From Solirubrobacteraceae bacterium (GTDB lineage Bacteria; Actinomycetota; Thermoleophilia; Solirubrobacterales; Solirubrobacteraceae), in NCBI GenBank assembly GCA_034664905.1, contig JAXDGS010000015.1, forward strand, positions 12,717 through 76,716: a stretch of 64,000 bases of DNA, read 5' to 3'. Under the pieces are notes generated by a model. That model had not been told where the DNA came from. It did not search any database and saw only the letters and a list, made by a program, of their open reading frames with translations. Shown here in pieces: positions 8,478 through 17,189 of this stretch. The number at the start of each line of letters is the position of its first letter. Positions within the stretch are counted from its first letter, which is position 1. Made by a program: the position numbers and the translations under genes.

Positions 8478-9473
8478 CTACGCGTCGCGGCCGGCGCGGT
8501 AGTGCTCTCGCCAAATCAGCCGGTAGACCGGTACCCGGCGGGGGATGCTGCGGATTCCCGGGATCAGCGGGACGCAAATGAACGCAAGGCTCAGGACGCC
8601 CATCACGAGCATCACCAGGATGTCGGCGTTTTCGGATTCCTTGAACGGTTCGACCTGGTACCAGAGCGTGTACAGCCACAGCCAAGCCTGGCCCGGATAG
8701 CTGCCGGTCTCGTTCATCATGCCCCACTGATCGCCCAGCAGGTGCTGTGCTTCCGCGCGTTCCGCGAGCAGGCCGCCGTCGGCCATGAACAGCAGTGGCT
8801 TGGTGTAGTCGGTCTGGTAGAACTGGCGGCTCGTCAACAGCGCGCCGTCGAGGCCCCCGCTCCTGGCGAGGTTCAGCAGTTCGCTCATCATCGTTCCTAC
8901 CGGGCCGGCCCCCGGCGCCTGCACGCTCACCACGCCGCTCGCCTGGTCGAGCGAGACATCCTTGGCCGGCGGCTTTCCTTCTTCGACTGCCGTTTCGTAG
9001 TCTTCCAGCGGCTTGGCATACGCTTCTGCCCACGCCTTCTGCGTCTTTGCGGGGGCGGCCCGATAGCTGGCCAGCGCACTCGCAAGCGCCGGGTTCGGCG
9101 GCGCGCTCGCCAGCGGGTCAAGGACGAAGTCCTTTGCGGTGTCGATCGGATGGCTCACGCCGAGCCATTTCTGGGGATAGAGAAAGGCCGCGTGCTGGCC
9201 GTCGCCGTTGTGGTTATACGGCGGGCCGTAGCCGGCTGTATCGCTCGTTCCGGCGAGCTCCTTGGCGCCCGCCGCGACGAAGTTGATCGGAAGTTCGCGC
9301 GACCACTGCCCGATCGTGCTCGGGCGCTCATCCGGTGAGGAGAACAGCACCGTCAGCAGCACCGCGAGAAGCACGATCACGCCGACCGCGACGCACAGCT
9401 CCTTGACCAGGTCATACGGCGCGTATCCGCCCGTCCACGGCTTCGTGTCATCGCGCGAGCGCAGCACGCTCAT
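8478..9473 (-). CDS. Membrane protein, putative cytochrome b6 subunit-IV-like partner with large extracytoplasmic insertion
   Basis: ATGA overlap with cytochrome b. N-terminal PYDLVKE+TM, about 220-aa soluble loop, PGQAWLWLYTLWYQ followed by TM. Confidence 0.7.
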   Translation of the reverse strand: MSVLRSRDDTKPWTGGYAPYDLVKELCVAVGVIVLLAVLLTVLFSSPDERPSTIGQWSRELPINFVAAGAKELAGTSDTAGYGPPYNHNGDGQHAAFLYPQKWLGVSHPIDTAKDFVLDPLASAPPNPALASALASYRAAPAKTQKAWAEAYAKPLEDYETAVEEGKPPAKDVSLDQASGVVSVQAPGAGPVGTMMSELLNLARSGGLDGALLTSRQFYQTDYTKPLLFMADGGLLAERAEAQHLLGDQWGMMNETGSYPGQAWLWLYTLWYQVEPFKESENADILVMLVMGVLSLAFICVPLIPGIRSIPRRVPVYRLIWREHYRAGRDA

Positions 9474-10156
9474 CTCGGCTCCCCAGTGGAGCCTTGCGAG
9501 GCTTGCGCTCGAGGGGTCGGAGCCGCTGCGGCGGCGCCTCGCCTGTCCAGCTCGAACGGGGGCACCACGCCGTGGCGGCGGACGAGCAGCACATGGGCGA
9601 TGACCAGCGCGGTCACCGCGAGCGGCAGCAGCAGCACGTGGTAGTTGTACATCTGGCCGAAGTTGGTCACGTTGAAGAACGCGCCGACGCCGACCGAGTT
9701 GAGCCCGTCCTTGGCCTGCGTGGAGATCCACTGGGCGTCGAAGTTCTGCTGCGAGACATAGCCGGTCAGCGCTGTCGGGATGGCCACGAGGAAGGTGATC
9801 GCGCCCGTGATCCACACGCGCGTGCGTCCGCCGCGCCACGCGGCCATCCAGTACTTGCCCCACAGGTGCACGACCATCACGAGGAAGAACAGCTCGACAG
9901 CCCACAGGTGAATGCTGTTGAAGAAATGCCCGACGCCCGTGTCGTGCCACCAGGTGGGCCCCTTGAGCGCCAGGATCATTCCCGAGGTGATCGTGACCAG
10001 CAGCGAGGCGATGCTCGCGACGCCGAACACGTAGATCCAGGACGCGACATATGTCGGCTGCTCGTCGGGGAGCAGCTTCTCGGGGGGCAGCACCGCGACG
10101 CCGGCTTCGCGCAAGCGCGCCGTCCACGACGGCTTGGGTGCGTCGACGGCGCTCAT
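9470..10156 (-). CDS. Cytochrome b N-terminal (b6-like, 4-TM di-heme) protein
   Basis: SIHLWAVELFFLVMVVHL (helix B His pair), WITG, LTGY, YHVLLLP...IAHV (helix D His pair 14 residues apart), RRHG. Confidence 0.9.
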   Translation of the reverse strand: MSAVDAPKPSWTARLREAGVAVLPPEKLLPDEQPTYVASWIYVFGVASIASLLVTITSGMILALKGPTWWHDTGVGHFFNSIHLWAVELFFLVMVVHLWGKYWMAAWRGGRTRVWITGAITFLVAIPTALTGYVSQQNFDAQWISTQAKDGLNSVGVGAFFNVTNFGQMYNYHVLLLPLAVTALVIAHVLLVRRHGVVPPFELDRRGAAAAAPTPRAQASQGSTGEPR

Positions 10157-10344
10157 CGCATGCCTCCGCGCCGCCGGCGTGCGCCCGGGAAGGGCAGTGC
10201 GATCGCGAGCACGAAGACGACGAGCATCACCGCGATCACGACGAGGTTCGGAACCGACAGCTGGATGAAGTGCCAGTGCGCGTATCCGGCGCGATGATTC
10301 AGGTTGAAGACCGCGCCGAGTACTGCCATGCCTGTCGGGGTCAA
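10153..10344 (-). CDS. Small single-TM protein translationally coupled to cytochrome b
   Basis: AGGAGG RBS before TTG 10344; HWHFIQLSVPNL+TM+LPFP; ATGA overlap with cytochrome b. Confidence 0.72.
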   Translation of the reverse strand: MTPTGMAVLGAVFNLNHRAGYAHWHFIQLSVPNLVVIAVMLVVFVLAIALPFPGARRRRGGMR

Positions 10345-10461
10345 TGCACGCCTCCTGCCAGATCGGATGCCGACGCTTCGGAGCGTAGGTTCAGCCCGTA
10401 CTTCGACGCATCCGTAGTTTTCCCCACCGGCGCCCGGAAAGCCGGCGTGCCGCGGCGGCGA

Positions 10462-11496
10462 TTACAGCGGCCAGTACTGACCGACGTGCGCTGCGGCCCG
10501 CGGCGTGAGGATCGTCTCGGGCGCCGAGGATCGCGCGGGCTCGTCGTCCGTGAGCGCTGCGATCGTTGCGAGCACACACCGCGCGAGCGCCGCGGGCGCG
10601 TAGCCGCCCTCGAGCACGACCCCAAGCGGCGCGTCGAGTCGTTTGGCGAGGTCGCGGACGTGGCGCGAGATCTCGGCGAACGAGGCGCTGCGCAGGCGGC
10701 AGCCGGCGAGCGGGTCCTCGACGTGCGCGTCAAAGCCCGCGGAGACCAGCACGAGCTCGGGGGCGAAGGCCTCTGCCGCCGGCACTACTATGTGCTCGAG
10801 CAGCGACAGCCACAGCAGCTGCTCGGAGCCGGCCGGGACCGGAAGGTTGATCGTGAAGCCCTCGCCCGCGCCCGAGCCGGCGTCGGCGAGCGCGCCGGTG
10901 CCGGGGTAGATCCCGCCCTGGTGGATGCTCACGAACAGGACGTCGCTGCGCCGCCGAAACGCCTCCGCGGTTCCGTTGCCGTGGTGCACGTCCCAATCGA
11001 GAATCAACACGCGCCGCACGCCGAGCTCGCGGATCGCGAGCTCGGCCGCGATCGCGACGTTGTTGAACAGGCAGAAGCCCATCGCGCGCGCGGGTTCGGC
11101 GTGGTGTCCCGAGGGGCGCGCCCCGCAAAAGCCCACGCGCGCCTCGCCGGCGAGCAGCGCGCGCGTCATCTCGCACGCTGCGCCGGCGGCGTGCAGCGCC
11201 GCGCGATAGGACGGCTCGCCGACGAACGTGTCCGGGTCGATCGCGCCGCCCCCCCTCAGCGAGGTCGCCTTGATCATCTGTACGAGGCTCGCGTCGTGAA
11301 CGAGCTCGAGCTCGCCCTCCTGAGCCTGCGGCGCCTCGCGCCGCTCCCATCCGAGCCAGCCCTCGGCAGCCAGCGCGCGCTCGATCGCGACGAGGCGCTC
11401 GGGCGTGTCCGGGTGAGCGGGCATCCCTACGCGCGGGTCGTGCTCGAGGCACGCGGGATGGTGGAAGTAGAGGGCGCGAGCCCGATCGCCCGGCAT
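10462..11496 (-). CDS. Histone deacetylase family protein (Zn-dependent amidohydrolase)
   Basis: HPDTPERL, RPSGHHA, GFCLFNN, DWDVHHGNGT, SAGFDAH, LEGGY all intact. Confidence 0.95.
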   Translation of the reverse strand: MPGDRARALYFHHPACLEHDPRVGMPAHPDTPERLVAIERALAAEGWLGWERREAPQAQEGELELVHDASLVQMIKATSLRGGGAIDPDTFVGEPSYRAALHAAGAACEMTRALLAGEARVGFCGARPSGHHAEPARAMGFCLFNNVAIAAELAIRELGVRRVLILDWDVHHGNGTAEAFRRRSDVLFVSIHQGGIYPGTGALADAGSGAGEGFTINLPVPAGSEQLLWLSLLEHIVVPAAEAFAPELVLVSAGFDAHVEDPLAGCRLRSASFAEISRHVRDLAKRLDAPLGVVLEGGYAPAALARCVLATIAALTDDEPARSSAPETILTPRAAAHVGQYWPL

Positions 11497-11563
11497 CGGC
11501 CGCTGACTGTACGCCCCAAGCACCGCACCAAGGCGGCGCGCGCGGCGCGCTAGTGTGGCCGGC

Positions 11564-11905
11564 GTGGCGGAGCTACCCACAGCACCGGTTGCCGCGGGAT
11601 CGCTGATCCTCGGCTACGCGGTCGCGTCCGCGAGCGGCTCGCGAGCGCTCGGCGGGGTGGTGCTGCTCGCCGGCGGAGCGTGGTGCACACGCGCATGGCT
11701 GCGGCGCTGCGGAGCGCGTGAGGCGCTCGCGCTGAGCGGCGCCGGCGTCGCGGCATTTGCGCTCTCGCATGTGCTCGCGCTTGCGATCGGCGCGTGGCCG
11801 TCGGTGCTGCTCGTCTCGGCGGCGATGGGGCTGTTGACGTTCCACTACGCAGACGCGCGCCCGCGCCGCGGCCCGTCATTGGCGCTCCGTCCGCGGGGGC
11901 GCTAG
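11564..11905 (+). CDS. Small hydrophobic membrane protein
   Basis: About 4 TM segments; TAGTGT -10 lies 7 nt before GTG 11564. Confidence 0.7.
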   Translation: MAELPTAPVAAGSLILGYAVASASGSRALGGVVLLAGGAWCTRAWLRRCGAREALALSGAGVAAFALSHVLALAIGAWPSVLLVSAAMGLLTFHYADARPRRGPSLALRPRGR

Positions 11906-11918
11906 ATTTTCGCCGACG

Positions 11919-12533
11919 ATGGCCGACGTAGCCGTAGCCGCCCCAGGCATGCACGCCGCGGACGCTCCCGCGGCGGAGGTGCCGAGCTTTCAGATCGTCC
12001 CGCGCGCGGGCCTGCCGATCGTCGCAGCGGTGCTCGCGCTGCTGATCGCGGGCATCGCGGTTAACAAGGTCTGGCCGCTCCAGTTCCTGCACGTCGTCGG
12101 CGGGGCGAGCTGGACGATCATCGATCTCTTCCTCGGCTTCGTGCTCGGGCCGATCATCGGGCGCATGTCGATCCCGGCACGCATCGAGTTCACGACGCGC
12201 CTGATGCCGAAGATGGTTCTGATCATGCCGACCGCCGTGACCGTCACGCTCGCCGCGGGCTGGCAGCTGGGGACCAAGCTGGGCACCGTGCAGAGCAGCT
12301 ACCACCTGCACGGTTGGATCGTTGCGAGCTACATAGTCGTCGGCGTGATGGCGGTGATCGCGCTCGGCCTGCTCGAGCCCGCGAACATCGCGGTGCTCGT
12401 CGAGATGAAGAAGCGCAGGCCCAACCCGGCGGTGATCGAGCGCCTGATGAAACGCTTCATCTTCACCGCGGGCATCACCGGGCTCATGCAGGTCGCCACG
12501 TTCGTGGTGATGACGAGGCTCGCGGCGGGATGA
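11919..12533 (+). CDS. Integral membrane protein (CopD/DUF2269-like [10 protein letters not shown] motif)
   Basis: About 5 TM; His in the second TM; high GC3 codon usage. Confidence 0.75.
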   Translation: MADVAVAAPGMHAADAPAAEVPSFQIVPRAGLPIVAAVLALLIAGIAVNKVWPLQFLHVVGGASWTIIDLFLGFVLGPIIGRMSIPARIEFTTRLMPKMVLIMPTAVTVTLAAGWQLGTKLGTVQSSYHLHGWIVASYIVVGVMAVIALGLLEPANIAVLVEMKKRRPNPAVIERLMKRFIFTAGITGLMQVATFVVMTRLAAG

Positions 12534-12916
12534 GCGAGCGGCGCCTACCACCGGTGACGCAGCTCGGCATGCTCTCGCTGGCGCTGATCGTCGCCGCCGG
12601 CATCTACCTGTCGGCGCACCTGCCCCGCCACGTGTCGCTCGCGCCGGCGATCGCGCTGCTCGTCGCCTCCGCGCTTCTGCTCGCGGGCAACCTCGCGTCG
12701 CTCGCGCGGGTGCAGGGTTTCCCGTGGCGGCGGTTCTTCGAGATCGCACGCTGGGCGATGCTCGCGTACGCGCTGATAGCAGCGATGATCGAGTATGCGT
12801 TCGTGCGCAACGACCTCAGCGGCGGCGCGCTGGTCGTGCTGACGCTCGCGCTGGTCGTGTTCGCGGTGCACGTGCCCGTGCTGATCGGCTTCACGGTCGC
12901 GCGCTTCGAGGACTGA
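12530..12916 (+). CDS. Small 4-TM membrane protein
   Basis: ATGA overlap with the upstream gene; hydrophobic; intramembrane His residues (SAHL, VHVP). Confidence 0.75.
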   Translation: MSERRLPPVTQLGMLSLALIVAAGIYLSAHLPRHVSLAPAIALLVASALLLAGNLASLARVQGFPWRRFFEIARWAMLAYALIAAMIEYAFVRNDLSGGALVVLTLALVVFAVHVPVLIGFTVARFED

Positions 12917-13845
12917 TGCTCGCGCTCACCGCCGCCCCGGGCTCGCCTGGGGACGTCGAGCTGCGTGAGCTCGAGGATCCGCTGCCGACGCCCTCGCAGG
13001 CGCTCGTGCGGGTCCGTGCTTTCTCGCTGAATCGCGGCGAGGTAAGGCGTCTGGCCGAGATGAGTGCGGGCGAGCTGACCGGCTGGGATCTGGCGGGCGT
13101 GGTCGAGCAGCCGGCCGCGGACGGCAGCGGGCCGCGGGCGGGCACGCGCGTGGTGGGGATGGCGGCGCGCGGCGCGTGGGCGCAGCTGGCGAGCGTTGAG
13201 ACGGCGCTGCTCGCGCCGCTCCCCGATGCCGTCTCGGACGCGCAGGCGGCGACGCTGCCGGTCGCCGGCCTGACCGCGCTCAAGGCGCTCGACATCATCG
13301 GCCCGGTGGTCGGCAGGCGGGTGCTTGTCACCGGAGCGAGCGGCGGCGTCGGCCGCTTCGCGGTGCAGCTAGCAAAGATGGCCGGCGCGCACGTCAGCGC
13401 CGTCTCCGCGAATGCGGAGCGCGCGCGCGGCCTCGCGGAGCTGGGTGCCGATGAGGTGCTCTCCTCGCTCGAGGTCTCCGGCCCCGAGTTCGACGGCATC
13501 GTCGAGGGGGTGGGAGGGGCAACGCTCGCGGCGGCGCTGCAACGCGTCAGAACGTTCGGGGTGGTCGTGTCCTTCGCCTCCAGCGATCCGGCGCCGGTGC
13601 AGTTCCCGACCCGCGCGTTCTTCGGGCGCGCGCCCGGTGCGCGCCTGCACGGCCTCTACCTGTTCGCGCAGCTCCGCCACGAAGGCGGCGGCTCGCGCGA
13701 CCTCGGGCGCCTGGTCGACCTGGTGGCCGCGTCGCGCCTTGACTGCTCGGTCGATCTCGAGGCTTCCTGGCGCGAGGCGCCCCGCGCGATCACGGCGCTT
13801 CTGGAGCGGCGCGTCGCAGGGAAGGCCGTCCTGCTCGCCGACTGA
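12916..13845 (+). CDS. MDR-family (zinc-free quinone-reductase type) oxidoreductase
   Basis: [36 protein letters not shown]. Confidence 0.9.
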   Translation: MLALTAAPGSPGDVELRELEDPLPTPSQALVRVRAFSLNRGEVRRLAEMSAGELTGWDLAGVVEQPAADGSGPRAGTRVVGMAARGAWAQLASVETALLAPLPDAVSDAQAATLPVAGLTALKALDIIGPVVGRRVLVTGASGGVGRFAVQLAKMAGAHVSAVSANAERARGLAELGADEVLSSLEVSGPEFDGIVEGVGGATLAAALQRVRTFGVVVSFASSDPAPVQFPTRAFFGRAPGARLHGLYLFAQLRHEGGGSRDLGRLVDLVAASRLDCSVDLEASWREAPRAITALLERRVAGKAVLLAD

Positions 13846-13859
13846 GCATAATCCCGGCG

Positions 13860-14849
13860 ATGCGAGCATTGCAAATCGTCGCTGAGACAGGGCCGGACAC
13901 GGCGCTCGAGCTGGTGCAGCTGCCGGATCCCGAGCCCTCGCACATGCTCACGCCGGGCGCAGGCGTGCTCGTGGACGTGCACTGCGCGGGTGTCTCCTTC
14001 CCCGAGCTCTTGCAGACGCGCGGCGAATATCAGATGAAACCTGCGCTGCCGTTCGTGCCCGGCAGCGAGGTCGCCGGGATCGTGCGCAGCGCCCCCGAGG
14101 GCGCGGCCGTCAAAGAGGGCGAGCGGGTCGCCGCGTTCTGCGCGCTCGGTGGCTTTGCCGAGACCGTGGCAGCGCCTGAGTTCTTCACCTTCGCGCTCGC
14201 TCCCGCGCTCGACTTCGCGCAGGGCGCGGGGCTGATCCTCAACTACCACACCGCGTATTTCGCGCTCGCGCTGCGTGGACGACTGCAGCAGGGCGAGACG
14301 GTGCTCGTCCACGGCGCGGCGGGCGGCGTCGGCACCGCGTCGCTGCAGGTCGCAAAGGCGCTCGGGGCGCGCACGATCGCGCTGGTATCGAGCGAGGAGA
14401 AGCAGCGCGTCGCGCAGCAGGCGGGTGCCGATGAGGTCGTGCTGCTCTCGGATTCGTGGAAGGAGGATGTCAAGGCGCGCTCCAACGGCGGCGTGGACGT
14501 CGTGCTCGATCCCGTCGGCGGCGACCGCTTCACCGACAGCCTGCGCTCGCTGCGCGAGGGCGGTCGCGTGATCGTGGTTGGCTTCACCGGCGGCTCGATC
14601 CCCGAGGTCAAGGTCAACCGGCTGCTGCTGGGGAATACGGAGGTGATCGGCGCTGGATGGGGCGCCTACGTGATGGGTAAGCCGCAGCTCAACCGCGAGA
14701 TCGGCGCCGCTGTAAACAAGATGGTGGACGACGGGTTCATCCGCCCTGTGGTGGGCGCGCGCTTTGCGCTGGAGGATGCGCCACAGGCCCTGAAAGTGCT
14801 CGACGAGCGCCGGGCGACCGGCAAGATCGTCCTCGATGTGCGCGGCTGA
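13860..14849 (+). CDS. NADPH:quinone oxidoreductase (MDR family)
   Basis: PFVPGSEVAG, NYHTAY, VHGAAGGVG, DPVGG, GKIVL; CATAAT -10 lies 7 nt before ATG. Confidence 0.93.
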   Translation: MRALQIVAETGPDTALELVQLPDPEPSHMLTPGAGVLVDVHCAGVSFPELLQTRGEYQMKPALPFVPGSEVAGIVRSAPEGAAVKEGERVAAFCALGGFAETVAAPEFFTFALAPALDFAQGAGLILNYHTAYFALALRGRLQQGETVLVHGAAGGVGTASLQVAKALGARTIALVSSEEKQRVAQQAGADEVVLLSDSWKEDVKARSNGGVDVVLDPVGGDRFTDSLRSLREGGRVIVVGFTGGSIPEVKVNRLLLGNTEVIGAGWGAYVMGKPQLNREIGAAVNKMVDDGFIRPVVGARFALEDAPQALKVLDERRATGKIVLDVRG

Positions 14850-14925
14850 GCGCGCAGCCGCACCTGCCGCGGGCATCTCGCAGGCGTGATAGAAACCCGC
14901 CCTTCATCGAGCTGAGGGAGTTCTT

Positions 14926-15684
14926 ATGAAGCTGATCGGTGCAGGCCTGCCGCGCACGGCCACCACCACGCAGATGTTCGCGCTGGAAGCGCTCGGGCTC
15001 GGGCCCTGCTACCACATGCGCGACCTGCTCGCGGACCTCGAGAGCGGATTGCCGCTGTGGGAAGCAGCGTACGAGGGCGAGATCGAGTGGGAGCGCGTCT
15101 TCGACGGCGTGTGCTCCACCGTCGACTGGCCCTCGGCGCGCTACTACCGCGAGCTGATGGATCACTACCCCGAGGCGAAGGTGCTGCTGAGCGTGCGCGA
15201 GGGCGAGGAATGGGCGCGCAGCATGCGCGAGACCGTGTGGGGCGTCTTCCACGGCGACTCTGTGATCCACCACGTGTGTGAGGCGCGCGCGGTGCTCGAC
15301 CCGCTGTGGCTGCGCTACACCTCGCTTATGCGCCGCATGACATGGGAGCCGGGTACCGGTGCGCTCGCGGGAGAGACCGACACCGACGAGGGCCTCGTTG
15401 CGGTGATGGAGCGCTGGAACGAGACGGTCAAGGAAACCGTTCCGGCGGAGCGCCTGCTGGTGTGGAACCCGGCCGAAGGCTGGGAGCCGCTGTGCGAGTT
15501 CCTCGAGGCGGAGGTGCCCGCCGAGCCGCTCCCGCGCCTGAACGACACGAAGTCCTTCAGGGAGGGGATCATCGGTGGCGCGCTCGATGTGCTCAACGAG
15601 TGGTGGTCGGCGCGCGAGCGACCGGCGAGCGGCCTGCACGGTGCGCCGATTCAGGATCCGCCGAGCGCTGCCTCGACCGCCTGA
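14926..15684 (+). CDS. P-loop sulfotransferase-family protein (Sulfotransfer_4-like)
   Basis: IGAGLPRTAT, GPCYHM, VDWP, YPEAKVLLSVR, VPAERLLV, GWEPLCEFL, PRLN. Confidence 0.88.
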   Translation: MKLIGAGLPRTATTTQMFALEALGLGPCYHMRDLLADLESGLPLWEAAYEGEIEWERVFDGVCSTVDWPSARYYRELMDHYPEAKVLLSVREGEEWARSMRETVWGVFHGDSVIHHVCEARAVLDPLWLRYTSLMRRMTWEPGTGALAGETDTDEGLVAVMERWNETVKETVPAERLLVWNPAEGWEPLCEFLEAEVPAEPLPRLNDTKSFREGIIGGALDVLNEWWSARERPASGLHGAPIQDPPSAASTA

Positions 15685-17099
15685 TCGGCGCCGAGGAAGG
15701 GCACGAGCAGCATGTAGGTGAGCTGCTCGCAGGCGGCAGGCAGCTCTGCGATGCGGTCGCTCTCGATGTAGTGGTGAAGGACCTGCCAACAGCCCCCGAC
15801 GACGGCCTCGGCGGCAATCGCGGGCACCTCCACGCCGTCGGGCGCGAGCTCATAGCCGGGGTCGAAGTAGGTCGCGAAGGCGCTCAGGATCTCATCGCGC
15901 ACGACGATCGTCTCGGGACTTGCGCCGAATGTGTCGACGATGCTGAGGTGGGCGTGGTCGGGCTCTGAGACGATGTAGTCCACCACGCCGCGCAGGCCGT
16001 CGGCGATCGCTTGCGGCCAGTCGGGCATGCGCGCTTCGTAGGCTTCGACGCCGACGCGCAGGGCTTCGGTCATCCCGATTTTCTGTGCGCCGAGAAAGGC
16101 GTCGAGCTTGGAGCGGTAGATGTCGTAGAAGGTCTGATGAGACACGTTCGCGCGGCGTGCGATCTCGGGGATCGTGAGGCCGGCGAGTCCCTTCTCGGCG
16201 ACGATCGCCGCTGTCGCATCGACGATCCGCTCCTGCTGGCTTTTGATGATCGCCTCGCGCGGCATGTCGCTGCGTCCGCTCGGAAGCTTCTGCGCCGAGC
16301 GCCTGGGGCGCGCGGAGGCGGGCGCGTCGCCTGCGCCGGCGCCGTCTCGCGGCGCACGCGCGGGCAGGGCCAGTGAGGCCGGGACGTTTCTCGGGTAGGA
16401 CGCTGCCCACGCGGCAAGCTGTCCGGCGAGCGCCGGCAGCTCGCTGCCCTCGCCGCGACACAGACGCGCGGCGGTGATCTCGCGGACGCCCCCGAGGATC
16501 ACCTGGATGGTGAGGTCGCTCGGCACCGGCGACAGGTCTCCGTCGCGGCTCGCGCGGATCCGCGCCTCGAGCGCCTCGAGCGAGCGGCTGCGGTACTCGA
16601 GCGCCTTGGCGCCTGCGCCGAACGCGCCGAGCACGAGCAGCGATATTGCCTCCGGCTGGGCCGCTGCGAGCTCCGCGAACGCACGCATCGCGACATCCAG
16701 CCTGTTGCCCTTCGAGTCCGCGCGACCGTACGCGGCGACCGCCGTCCGGTATGTGCGCTCGGCGATCTCGTCATATGCGCTGATGAACAGCTCTTCCTTG
16801 TCGCCGAAGAGCGTGTAGAAGGTTGGCTGGGAGACGCGCGCGAGCTTCGCGAGATCGAGGATGCGCACCGCCTGATAGCCCTTCGCGGCGATCAGCTCGA
16901 CGAGCGCGTTGCGCAGCCGTTCGCGCTGGTCGTCGGCGACGACGTCCGGGTCGAGGCCATGCATGCCGGTGGGCAGCGGCCGATAGCGCTCGCTTCGCGC
17001 GGTCTTGCTCGCGTCGCCGTTTGCGCCTGCGACGCTCGTGCCCTCGGCTGCGTGCGCTGAGGGCTCTCGAGGCTTCGACCCTAGCTTGCGCGCCGCCAT
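15651..17099 (-). CDS. Tandem double TetR/AcrR-family regulator
   Basis: Two HTHs (QRERL...KGY...ARVSQPTFY and QQERI...KGL...ANVSHQTFY), each preceded by an LP.G motif. Start could also be 17123. Confidence 0.88.
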   Translation of the reverse strand: MAARKLGSKPREPSAHAAEGTSVAGANGDASKTARSERYRPLPTGMHGLDPDVVADDQRERLRNALVELIAAKGYQAVRILDLAKLARVSQPTFYTLFGDKEELFISAYDEIAERTYRTAVAAYGRADSKGNRLDVAMRAFAELAAAQPEAISLLVLGAFGAGAKALEYRSRSLEALEARIRASRDGDLSPVPSDLTIQVILGGVREITAARLCRGEGSELPALAGQLAAWAASYPRNVPASLALPARAPRDGAGAGDAPASARPRRSAQKLPSGRSDMPREAIIKSQQERIVDATAAIVAEKGLAGLTIPEIARRANVSHQTFYDIYRSKLDAFLGAQKIGMTEALRVGVEAYEARMPDWPQAIADGLRGVVDYIVSEPDHAHLSIVDTFGASPETIVVRDEILSAFATYFDPGYELAPDGVEVPAIAAEAVVGGCWQVLHHYIESDRIAELPAACEQLTYMLLVPFLGADQAVEAALGGS

Positions 17100-17189
17100 C
17101 TCACGAGACCTTCCATGTTGCACGCCGAAGAAGTAACAAGCGTAACAAACTCTACCCTTGGCTTTCCGCGCCGGCCGCTCGCGCGCGGC

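Noticed and set aside
8478-10127. 549-aa ORF suggesting a frameshifted full-length cytochrome b
   Set aside because: The upstream part is an Arg-rich off-frame reading of the cytochrome b gene; a clean ATGA overlap at 9470-9473 explains two separate genes.
824-10460. Genomic island integrated at tRNA-Asp
   Set aside because: No integrase and no duplicated tRNA 3' end noticed by eye; composition resembles the rest of the window.
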